Below are positions 8,938 through 16,984 of a DNA stretch of 46,379 bases, piece after piece. Location of the stretch: NCBI GenBank assembly GCA_002699105.1, contig PABJ01000116.1, forward strand, positions 1-46,379, in the 5' to 3' direction. The position numbers were made by a program, and so were the translations under genes. The notes under the pieces were generated by a model that saw only the letters and a program-made list of their open reading frames with translations, was not told the DNA's origin and did not search any database. This DNA is from Ectothiorhodospiraceae bacterium. Its GTDB lineage: Bacteria > Bacteroidota > Ignavibacteria > SZUA-365 > GCA-2699105. Numbering within the stretch: position 1 is the first letter of the stretch; the number at the start of each line of letters is the position of its first letter.

Positions 8938-9677
8938 TACTCGCCTGCGTTCTTCTCCTCCTGGGACTTGGCGGCTGTACGCTGTTTCGGAAGGCCACCG
9001 GGACCTATGTCGATAGGGAGCAGTTTGAGCTTGCGCGCAAAGCCCGCATGCTGGAGGTCCGCGCTGAGGAGACTGCGAGCATTGCCCGGCGCCTGCAAAG
9101 CGGTCTCGACGTCGACTCCGATCTTGTCCTGCGCTTTTCGCCCGACTTCATCGCAGAGGTGGTATCGCTCTATGAAGGAAGGCGGGGCTCCCTCGATGCC
9201 TCCACGCACTACACGATTAAGGGAAGTTCCGTGGAGCTGCATTACGGATCGGCCATTGCGCATCTGCTCCTCAACGTAGCGCAAGAAGGCTATGGGCTGC
9301 GCCTATCGCTACGACTGGATTGCGTGTTGAACTTCCGGCTGGAAGGAGAGAATCTCCGGATAGGATTTGAACCGTACAACATTGTGCCGGTGGTGGAGAG
9401 TGAAGGCTGGCTTATCGGCAGCGAAGACCTGGTCAACGATATCGTCCGCACGAAACTCGCTACGCTCTCGGATGACTTTCCACCCATCGAAGTGCCGCTG
9501 CTCCAATCCCAGTCTGTTGAAATTGACGGCACAAATGCGACGATAGCCGGCGATGTGAATATGCGCATATCGACGCCGAGGCGTTTGCTGAACTACTCCT
9601 TCATATTGAAAGAACTCCTTGTGCTGCCCAAACAGATTATCGTAGCCGTTGATTTGGCGGACGTGGAGGTCAAGTGA
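8907..9677 (+). CDS. Uncharacterised lipoprotein (possible TULIP-like fold)
   Basis: Lipobox LGGC, then an N-terminal helix and long amphipathic strands. Overlaps the rsmG 3' end by 31 bp. Confidence 0.75.
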   Translation: MHYRRAYPTVVLACVLLLLGLGGCTLFRKATGTYVDREQFELARKARMLEVRAEETASIARRLQSGLDVDSDLVLRFSPDFIAEVVSLYEGRRGSLDASTHYTIKGSSVELHYGSAIAHLLLNVAQEGYGLRLSLRLDCVLNFRLEGENLRIGFEPYNIVPVVESEGWLIGSEDLVNDIVRTKLATLSDDFPPIEVPLLQSQSVEIDGTNATIAGDVNMRISTPRRLLNYSFILKELLVLPKQIIVAVDLADVEVK

Positions 9678-10543
9678 TGCTCCGGTCATTCAGAGTACTA
9701 CTGCTTGTTTGTTCTTCCGTGCTGGCCGGGTGCAGCGGAATTGATTTACCCGATGCCGGGCATTCGCGGGAAAAGATTGCAAGGCTTGAGACGCAGATTG
9801 CAGAGTACGAGAAAAGTCTTGATATGCTGGCGCCTGCATTCTACATGTCGCAGGATATTCAGATGGAGATGAAGCCAGTTCTGTTCAATCGAATTCTGCA
9901 GGAAGTCGCGAGCAGCAGGAGCGATGATGTGCGGTTCACGTTCGCGAAGTCGAACGATATCGTCCATGAGTGGAAAAGTACGCTGGGCATCCGATACAAG
10001 AACCATCTCGACATCGACACAGGGAAGATCAACGTCAATCTGCGGCAGTTCCGCATTCTTGAGTTGAGAGATGAGTCTATCCCGATACTGCTGCAGCTTT
10101 CAGGAAACGGCGGAGTGAGCGTATCGGGTAAGTACATGGGTATCACCGCAAAAACGTCGCCGGATCTGGCGCTTTCGGTGCTGGATACTGTTCGCTTTTC
10201 GCTTGGGTTGGACGAGGACGGCAGAGTGGTTTTATTGCCGCTGCAGCGGAATATCCCGTTGCTGATAGAAGCGCGGTTTTCACTGCTCGGTTGGAAGGTC
10301 CCATACCAGCGCAAGGAATATCTCCGAATCACCGATATCCTCCAGCCGGTACCGCTGCCGGTGGAATTCGCCTCAAAACTCAGATTGCCGTTCCCTTCCG
10401 AGACTCCGGGACAGAACAAGGTTGAATTCCAGGAAACCGATATTCATATTACAGGTATCAGCGTTCTCACCGAGAACAACAGGTTATACCTGGGGGCAAA
10501 TGCCTCCGTTGTAATCCGGGATACGGTGCGCAATACACCGTAG
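9677..10543 (+). CDS. Uncharacterised lipoprotein, apparent distant paralog of the preceding gene
   Basis: Lipobox LAGC. TGATG stop/start overlap (GTG at 9674 is an alternative start). Coiled-coil helix followed by long strands. Confidence 0.75.
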   Translation: MLRSFRVLLLVCSSVLAGCSGIDLPDAGHSREKIARLETQIAEYEKSLDMLAPAFYMSQDIQMEMKPVLFNRILQEVASSRSDDVRFTFAKSNDIVHEWKSTLGIRYKNHLDIDTGKINVNLRQFRILELRDESIPILLQLSGNGGVSVSGKYMGITAKTSPDLALSVLDTVRFSLGLDEDGRVVLLPLQRNIPLLIEARFSLLGWKVPYQRKEYLRITDILQPVPLPVEFASKLRLPFPSETPGQNKVEFQETDIHITGISVLTENNRLYLGANASVVIRDTVRNTP

Positions 10544-10582
10544 TCCGTAGAATCACTATTCGCACATTGGACTATTATATCT

Positions 10583-11410
10583 ATGAAGGACATACTTCCG
10601 CTTCTTCCGCTCAGCGAGTGGGAGCAAACGCGTAATACTTTACAATCGTACGCCCAGGTCTTGGGCGCAATACAACTCAAATATGCCGCCCCACAGCGGC
10701 ACTGGGCTCACGCCGCGCTTCGCCCGACGGCACGCGGGTTCGCAACCGATCTGATCCAGTTCGATCACTCGGTGTTCGATATATACATCGATTGTTTCAC
10801 CGGCGAGCTGTATCTCACGGCTAACAAAGGCTCCAGGTGGACGCTGCCGCTCCGTGATGCTACACAGCTCGGGCTGTATAAGCGGCTTCAATCTATATTA
10901 TCCAGCATAGGTGTTCGTCTGGATGTCGATGAGTCGCAGTTCAACAACGAGCGCCCCGCGGGATACGACGAGGAGTACTTGCAGATGTACCTGCACGCTA
11001 TGACGCGAATAGCTGCAACCATGCGCAGGTTCAAGGGAACGCTGCGGGAGCGGACGTCGCCTGTGCAGCTTTTCCCGCATCATTTCGATCTCGCCATGCT
11101 GTGGTTTTCCGGGAACACAGTCCCGGGCACCGATCCACAGGATGAAGACAATGCGGATGAGCAGATGAACTTCGGTTTTTCCACCGGCGACGGCGCAATC
11201 CCCGAGCCTTACATCTATATCACTGCATATCCGAAACCTGAAGGATTCGACTCTATCTCCCTTCCGGCCGATGCGTACCTGCACACCGAAGGATTCACCG
11301 CAGCAATCTTGCCGTACCAGGCGCTCGCCTCCACCGACGAGCCGGAAGATAAACTGCTGGATTTCTTTCAGACTGTGCAATCGGCAGGCAAGGCCCTGAT
11401 GTTCAAATAA
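10583..11410 (+). CDS. DUF5996 family protein
   Basis: LPL.EW..TR.TL....Q..G, HW.H..L..TARG.T, SPVQLF.HHFDLA...FSG and GFS.GD....EPY.Y.TAYP.P motifs. Confidence 0.8.
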   Translation: MKDILPLLPLSEWEQTRNTLQSYAQVLGAIQLKYAAPQRHWAHAALRPTARGFATDLIQFDHSVFDIYIDCFTGELYLTANKGSRWTLPLRDATQLGLYKRLQSILSSIGVRLDVDESQFNNERPAGYDEEYLQMYLHAMTRIAATMRRFKGTLRERTSPVQLFPHHFDLAMLWFSGNTVPGTDPQDEDNADEQMNFGFSTGDGAIPEPYIYITAYPKPEGFDSISLPADAYLHTEGFTAAILPYQALASTDEPEDKLLDFFQTVQSAGKALMFK

Positions 11411-11439
11411 TATTTTTTTTCATCCGGTGTCACAGGTAT

Positions 11440-11503
11440 GCCTCCTCAGGTCTCTATATTAGTAGAGACTCACTCCACACATCTACTACTTTTCTGAGGA
11501 GGC
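11440..11503 (+). promoter_or_regulatory. Structured leader with an anti-Shine-Dalgarno stem over the RBS of the EEP gene
   Basis: GCCTCCTCAG (11440-11449) is the exact reverse complement of CTGAGGAGGC (11494-11503), which contains the SD. An inner hairpin GTCTCTA/TAGAGAC surrounds TATATT. Confidence 0.5.
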
Positions 11504-11507
11504 CGCA

Positions 11508-12563
11508 ATGGCGAAGAAGCTCCTGAAGGTTGCATCAATGAACCTCTACAACCTTCAATTGCCGGGTAAATCCTACTACGGCAACAAGTACACGCAGAAA
11601 CAGTACGACGCGAAAGTTGCATGGTCGGCGAAAATGCTCCAGACCATCGATGCAGACATCATTGGATTTCAGGAGCTCTGGGCGGAAAAGTGCCTCGAAG
11701 ACGTTTTTACGCATGCAGGCCTTAGCAGCAAGTATGAACTCGTCACGCTCGATAACGATTTCGAAGCCTCCGTTGCATTGGCGGTGAAGAAGCCGTTCAA
11801 ACCGCTGAAGAGCACCATTGAATGGGTGAAGGACTTCCCGGAAGAACTCATCTTGCGCAAGGGATCCGGTGCACCCCCAGATTACCAGGTGGACGTTCAA
11901 ATCGACGGTTTCTCCCGCCCGATCTGCAAGGCGAGCATCAAAGCGCCGGATTCCTGGAAGATCCCGAACATCGACGTGCTCGTGAGCCACCTGAAGTCGA
12001 AAATGCCGATGGATGTGGATCAGGATGTTTTCGATGAGCCGAAGGTAAAGGACTTCACAAAGGACTTCCCAAAATCCGCGTACAGCGAGGCAATAGGACC
12101 AGCGCTATCGACGATAAAGCGCACAGCCGAAGCGGCAGCCCTCCGGCTTATCCTGACGAAACTCCTCTACAAAACAGATACGCCCGTTGTGGTTATGGGC
12201 GATCTGAACGACTCTCAGCACAGTGTTACAACCTCGCTCATCACTGCGGACCCTCCATACCGGCTCCATGCAGCAAGCAGAACGGGTAGCAAAAGCGACC
12301 GCGGGATGTACGCAGTCTCGACTCTGCAGGAACTACGCAGCCTGCGGGACGTGTACTACACCTACATCCATGAAGGTTTCCGCGAATCGCTCGATCACAT
12401 TCTCGTATCGGAGCAATTCTACGACTACAGCTCCAAGCATATTTTCACGTTCAAAGAGATGCAGATCTACAACGATCATCTCGCAGATTACGACCATAAG
12501 GAAGATGCACCCGCCGGCAGTTCGGATCATGCGCCGGTAGCGGCAACGTTCGTAAAAGCCTGA
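11508..12563 (+). CDS. Endonuclease/exonuclease/phosphatase (EEP) family protein, cytoplasmic
   Basis: SMNLYN, ADIIGFQE, HLKSK, GDLND, LDHILVS and SDHAPV catalytic motifs; no signal peptide. Confidence 0.9.
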   Translation: MAKKLLKVASMNLYNLQLPGKSYYGNKYTQKQYDAKVAWSAKMLQTIDADIIGFQELWAEKCLEDVFTHAGLSSKYELVTLDNDFEASVALAVKKPFKPLKSTIEWVKDFPEELILRKGSGAPPDYQVDVQIDGFSRPICKASIKAPDSWKIPNIDVLVSHLKSKMPMDVDQDVFDEPKVKDFTKDFPKSAYSEAIGPALSTIKRTAEAAALRLILTKLLYKTDTPVVVMGDLNDSQHSVTTSLITADPPYRLHAASRTGSKSDRGMYAVSTLQELRSLRDVYYTYIHEGFRESLDHILVSEQFYDYSSKHIFTFKEMQIYNDHLADYDHKEDAPAGSSDHAPVAATFVKA

Positions 12564-12619
12564 CAGGCGTAAGCCGTACGGCATATTGAAGTTCATGCTG
12601 CAATTTTCGTATACTCCGC

Positions 12620-14641
12620 ATGAACTTGATATCTCACCTGCACACTGGTGAAGCTTTGAATCGCCGTAAGTATATCATCATTGCGACGGGCGCCATTTTT
12701 GGCGTCCTCGTTGTTTTGTTTGTACTTGTCGAGATATTCACAAGCCGGGACGACCTTGTCGCCACCAAACGCATGGAGGCAAGGACCCTGGTCGAATCTC
12801 TCGCGCAAAGCACACGGCTCTCGCTCGCTGCGAACGCCGAGGTGGAAGACCTCCTCACACAAAACCTCCTCACCGCTGCGGAACTGCTGCAGCACCTCGC
12901 AGAACACCGCTCCATCGATCAATCCTTATGCGCCGAAACCGCGCTGTCGTCGGATGTGCCGCTTGTTGCATCTGTCGATAGTGAAGATCGGATTTTCGCA
13001 TCCAGTCTTCCGATCGGCAAACTTACGACTGACACGAAAGCCCTTCTGGATACTGCCAGGAATGGCGGGTATGCCTGGGTCGTGGGGTCGGTGGCTGCCG
13101 GAGAAGCGCAAGAAGAGTACGTGGCGCTGTTTGTCCCTATGCATGGCGGACAGATCGCCGTTGCAGGTGTGCCGGAATCGCGTTTGCTTGAATTCCGCCT
13201 CCGGACGGGGGTTGGGGTGCTGATCCGGAATCTGGGTGAGAACCCGGAGATATTATACGCCGTGCTGCAAGACGACGCCGGAATCCTTACCGCGTCGGAA
13301 CAGATCGACAGCCTGGAGTCCATCGCGGCTGATACGTTTCTTCAGGATGCAATGCAGTCGGGAGAACCGATGACGCGGTTCATCGAGTTCGAAGGCGAAC
13401 GGCACCTTGAAGCCGTGCAGCGCATTGAGTCCGAATCCGGTGCTCGCTATATCGCACGGCTTGGACTGAACATGGGTGGCGTGAAAGCGATACAGCAGCG
13501 CGGTGTTACCCGTGCCGTCATTCTTGGGGTAGTCGTGATTGTGCTCGGCATACTGGCCGTGTGGTTTGTTCTGGCTCGCGAACGGTTTTCCACGCTGCAG
13601 CAGGAACACCGGAGGGTGCGCTCGTCGAGCGAAGTGGTCATGGAAAACATGAGCGATGGAGTCGTTGCAGTGGGGAACGACGGTACCATTGCATTCCGCA
13701 ACAGCATCGCCGCTGAGCTATTCCCGGAACGGTCAGTCCTCGACGACCGCGATCCGTTGAAGCTGAAGGCAACCTGGGCCGCCGAAGAGCCGATCCGGTA
13801 CTTCGAAAGCACGTTGCAGAGGGACAGCGAAACGAAAACCCTCGCCGTAGGTACATCGCTGGTACGCGACGAGCGCGGAGAGATCGAGATGGTGATTGCT
13901 GTCTTTCGCGATATCACCGAGCAGCGGAGGCTCGCCGAACAACTGCAGCGCAAGGAAAAGCTCACCGCGCTCGGCGAACTGGCCGGCGGGGTCGCGCATG
14001 AAATCCGGAATCCCCTGAACGCCATCGGCATAATCGCACAGAGGCTCCACGGGGAATTCACGCCTGAAGAGGGCGAAGAGGAGTACGATCAGTTGATTGC
14101 AGTGATCCGGAAGGAAGTGGATCGCGTGAATGCGATCATTACGCAGTTTCTTTCATTCGCCAAACCTCCGAAACTTCAACGGGTGAAGGAGGGGCTGCAC
14201 ATAGCCGTCCTGGAAGCATTGAGAACGGTAGAATCGCAGGCCAAAAGCCGGGGAATCGATATTGAGCTGGATGTACGCACGCATGCCGAGGTGCATGTAG
14301 ACAGGAACATCTTCAAGCAGGCTGTCATGAATCTGCTCCAGAATTCCATTGAAGCCATGATAGATGGCGGAAGAATCAGTATGACGATCGAACGCTCGAA
14401 TCGAACCGTACTGCTCCGCATCAAAGATGATGGACCGGGCATACCCGAAGATATCCGGAAGAAAATGTTTAACCTCTATTTCACAACGAAGCCGACTGGA
14501 ACCGGGCTGGGACTGAGCATCGTGCACCAGATTATCAGCGAGCATGATGGAAGTATACGAGCCGAGAGTGCGCCCGGCCAGGGAACGGAGTTCATCGTTG
14601 AATTGCCAGTTGCCGCGACGGAGGAAGAAGAAACGCCATGA
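12620..14641 (+). CDS. Membrane sensor histidine kinase (NtrB/ZraS/AtoS-type; 2 TM, large periplasmic domain, PAS, HisKA, HATPase_c)
   Basis: H-box LAGGVAHEIRNPL, N-box NLLQNSIEA, DDGPGI, F..YFTTKPTGTGLGL. PAS-like segment MENMSDGVVAV...FRDITE. Confidence 0.95.
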   Translation: MNLISHLHTGEALNRRKYIIIATGAIFGVLVVLFVLVEIFTSRDDLVATKRMEARTLVESLAQSTRLSLAANAEVEDLLTQNLLTAAELLQHLAEHRSIDQSLCAETALSSDVPLVASVDSEDRIFASSLPIGKLTTDTKALLDTARNGGYAWVVGSVAAGEAQEEYVALFVPMHGGQIAVAGVPESRLLEFRLRTGVGVLIRNLGENPEILYAVLQDDAGILTASEQIDSLESIAADTFLQDAMQSGEPMTRFIEFEGERHLEAVQRIESESGARYIARLGLNMGGVKAIQQRGVTRAVILGVVVIVLGILAVWFVLARERFSTLQQEHRRVRSSSEVVMENMSDGVVAVGNDGTIAFRNSIAAELFPERSVLDDRDPLKLKATWAAEEPIRYFESTLQRDSETKTLAVGTSLVRDERGEIEMVIAVFRDITEQRRLAEQLQRKEKLTALGELAGGVAHEIRNPLNAIGIIAQRLHGEFTPEEGEEEYDQLIAVIRKEVDRVNAIITQFLSFAKPPKLQRVKEGLHIAVLEALRTVESQAKSRGIDIELDVRTHAEVHVDRNIFKQAVMNLLQNSIEAMIDGGRISMTIERSNRTVLLRIKDDGPGIPEDIRKKMFNLYFTTKPTGTGLGLSIVHQIISEHDGSIRAESAPGQGTEFIVELPVAATEEEETP

Positions 14642-16005
14642 GTCAACACTTCTCCATTCTTATCATCGACGACGAGCAGGCACAGGCCGACGCGATTGCA
14701 GGCTACCTGAAGAAAAAAGGATACGCCGTAACGATCGCCGATTCCGGGACTGCAGGCGTGCGTGGGTTCGAGAATGCATCGTTCGATCTCGTCCTCACCG
14801 ACTACAAGATGCCTGATATCACCGGCGCTGAAGTACTGCGGAAGCTGAAAGAAATTCAGCCTGAGATTCCAGTCATTGTGATGACAGCCTATGGGAGCAT
14901 CGAAAGCGCGGTGGATTTGATGAAGCAAGGGGCGTTCGACTATCTGCAAAAACCGATCGACCTGGACGAACTCACGATTGCAATCCAGCGTGCAGAGGAG
15001 CGCGCGACGCTGCTCTCCGAGAATGCCATGCTGAAGCAGGAGCTGCGGCAGAGGTATTCGTTCGATAACATCATCTCGCAAAGCGATGAGATGGAAGCTG
15101 TGCTCAACACCGTCGCACGGGTTGCGCCGAGCCTTGCCTCCGTGCTGATCTGCGGCGAAAGCGGGACGGGAAAGGAGCTGATTGCCCGGGCGGTGCATCA
15201 TGCGAGCAACCGGAGCGATGGGCCGTTCATCCCAGTGAATTGCGCTGCCATACCGGAATCGCTGTTCGAAAGCGAGCTGTTCGGACACGAGAAAGGCGCG
15301 TTCACCGGCGCCGACCAGCGAAGGATCGGGAAGTTTGAGCAAGCGAAGGGCGGGACGCTCTTCATCGACGAGGTGGGAGATATTCCTCTGCCGGTGCAGG
15401 TCAAACTCCTCCGTGCAATCCAGCTTCGGGAGATCGAACGCCTGGGCGGCACCGATACAATTTCGCTCGATGTCAGGATTGTGGCAGCGACGAACAGGAA
15501 GCTCGAAGAGATGATCCGCGAGGGGGATTTCCGGGAGGATTTATACTACAGGCTTAATGTGATTACAGTGCAGCTTCCGCCGCTGCGCTCGCGCAAAGCA
15601 GATATCCCGCCGCTTGTTGAGCACTTCATCGCGAAGTACTGTGAGGAAAACGGGAAACCTGCGCTCGGCATCTCGAAGGAAGCGCTGGATGCGTTATTGC
15701 GATACGGATTCCCGGGAAACATCAGGGAATTGGAGAATTCTATCCAGCGAGCGGTCGTCATGACCCGCGGCAATACGATCACGGTTGCAGACCTCCCGAC
15801 ACAACTTACCGCACAAAGCGAGAGCGCCTCGGAAAAGTCTCATGATCTGCAGCTCGGCGATCTCAATGAAAAGGTTGAAGCCCTTGAGCGTGCTCTCATC
15901 CGGAAGGCGCTTGAGGAGTCCTCAGGCAACCAATCCAAAGCCGCGGAGCTCCTCCACATCTCAGAACGCACCCTCCGCTACAAGCTCGGGAAATACGGAA
16001 TCTAG
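14638..16005 (+). CDS. Sigma-54-dependent response regulator (NtrC family; REC-AAA+-Fis HTH)
   Basis: REC domain (IIDDE, LTDYKMP), GESGTGKE, intact GAFTGA, FREDLYYRLN, PGNIRELEN, GNQSKAAELL HTH. ATGA overlap with the kinase. Confidence 0.96.
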   Translation: MSQHFSILIIDDEQAQADAIAGYLKKKGYAVTIADSGTAGVRGFENASFDLVLTDYKMPDITGAEVLRKLKEIQPEIPVIVMTAYGSIESAVDLMKQGAFDYLQKPIDLDELTIAIQRAEERATLLSENAMLKQELRQRYSFDNIISQSDEMEAVLNTVARVAPSLASVLICGESGTGKELIARAVHHASNRSDGPFIPVNCAAIPESLFESELFGHEKGAFTGADQRRIGKFEQAKGGTLFIDEVGDIPLPVQVKLLRAIQLREIERLGGTDTISLDVRIVAATNRKLEEMIREGDFREDLYYRLNVITVQLPPLRSRKADIPPLVEHFIAKYCEENGKPALGISKEALDALLRYGFPGNIRELENSIQRAVVMTRGNTITVADLPTQLTAQSESASEKSHDLQLGDLNEKVEALERALIRKALEESSGNQSKAAELLHISERTLRYKLGKYGI

Positions 16006-16046
16006 GTTCGACATTCCTTGCCGGGCGCTCGACAATAATGTCGAAC
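16006..16046 (+). promoter_or_regulatory. Candidate upstream activator sequence (enhancer) for the NtrC-type regulator
   Basis: GTTCGACATT...AATGTCGAAC perfect 10-bp inverted repeat. Includes the palindrome TCGACA-ATAA-TGTCGA (16029-16044) and a degenerate TCGACA-N5-TGCCGG. Lies 60-100 bp upstream of the -24 box. Confidence 0.55.
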
Positions 16047-16106
16047 GGTGAGACTCTCCAGCGAAGAAAATAGCCATATTGGGCCGTAATCAGCAGTATT
16101 CATGGT

Positions 16107-16122
16107 TGGCACGTCAATTGCA
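16107..16122 (+). promoter_or_regulatory. Sigma-54 (-24/-12) promoter
   Basis: TGGCACG-TCAA-TTGCA is a full match to TGGCACG-N4-TTGCW with GG-N10-GC spacing, directly downstream of a sigma-54 activator gene. Confidence 0.9.
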
Positions 16123-16180
16123 TTACTCTTCAGTGAGCGCGCTAACGAAAACGTTCACTTCGAAAACTGGAGATTACATC

Positions 16181-16546
16181 ATGAAGAACCTACTGAAATA
16201 CGCACTTGCCGCCTTCGTCCTCTTCGGACTGGCATTCACACAAGTTTCCTATGCACAAGACGATCCGACAGCCGGAAAGCAGAATCGCGGCCAGGTAAAG
16301 CCGAACTTTGTTGATGAAGACGGCGACGGTATCTGCGACAACAACACCGGCGAGCCCGGCACAGGCACCGGCAGCATGCACCGCGGCGGCCAGGGTAAGG
16401 GCCAGGGCGCAGGCAACGGACAGGGAATCCACCAGCGTCTACGCGACGGTTCGTGCGGTGAGACCCCGATCCAGGACGGCTCAGGAGCAACGAATAACAG
16501 CCAAGCCACGAAGGGCCGCAAACGCGGCAACGCACCTTCGAAGTAA
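16181..16546 (+). CDS. Small secreted Gly-rich disordered protein with a DxDGDG (Ca-binding-type) motif
   Basis: GGAG SD and start MKNLLKY; signal peptide ending SYAQ; FVDEDGDGICDN; Gly-rich run; RLRDGSC; basic tail. Confidence 0.8.
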   Translation: MKNLLKYALAAFVLFGLAFTQVSYAQDDPTAGKQNRGQVKPNFVDEDGDGICDNNTGEPGTGTGSMHRGGQGKGQGAGNGQGIHQRLRDGSCGETPIQDGSGATNNSQATKGRKRGNAPSK

Positions 16547-16567
16547 GTCCCCGTAGTACCTTCGATA

Positions 16568-16597
16568 GCGAGTGGCGGGCACGGTCCCGCTGCTCGC
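16568..16597 (+). other. Intercistronic 12-bp RNA hairpin without a U-tract (stabiliser or partial terminator)
   Basis: GCGAGTGGCGGG-CACGGT-CCCGCTGCTCGC; the two non-Watson-Crick pairs are G.U on the + strand. Confidence 0.55.
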
Positions 16598-16621
16598 ATT
16601 TCAAACAAAGGAGATGAATCG

Positions 16622-16984
16622 ATGAATCGCGTAGTGTTTTTGATTGCTGTCACATTGCTGCTTGCAACAAGCTCCTATGCCCAGTCCGGTGAGTCGGGCA
16701 CGAAGCCCGAAGGGACGAAGGAAAAACCCGCCGTTGTTGAGCAGGAGAAGCCCGAATCTGATGCCAGGATGAAAGGCTTCGTTGATACCGATGGCGATGG
16801 GATAGACGACAGGACTGTACAGCAGGGGCAGCAGACCGATGATGGCAGGAAGCACATGCGGAGACGGAAACGCGATCACTTCATCGATAAGGACGGCGAC
16901 GGGATCAACGATTCGAGGTGTAATGGCTTCGGTCTGCAGCGCAAGGGTAAGGGTAAAAAGCGCGGCGGCGGAGGTGAACAATGA
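16622..16984 (+). CDS. Small secreted charged protein with two DxDGDG motifs
   Basis: AAGGAG SD; signal peptide ending SYAQ; FVDTDGDGIDD and FIDKDGDGIND; Lys/Arg-rich segments. Confidence 0.8.
   Translation: MNRVVFLIAVTLLLATSSYAQSGESGTKPEGTKEKPAVVEQEKPESDARMKGFVDTDGDGIDDRTVQQGQQTDDGRKHMRRRKRDHFIDKDGDGINDSRCNGFGLQRKGKGKKRGGGGEQ

Noticed and set aside
16006-16046. GTTCGA as a tRNA T-loop or integration site
   Set aside because: No cloverleaf or CCA context; better explained as a dyad regulatory site.
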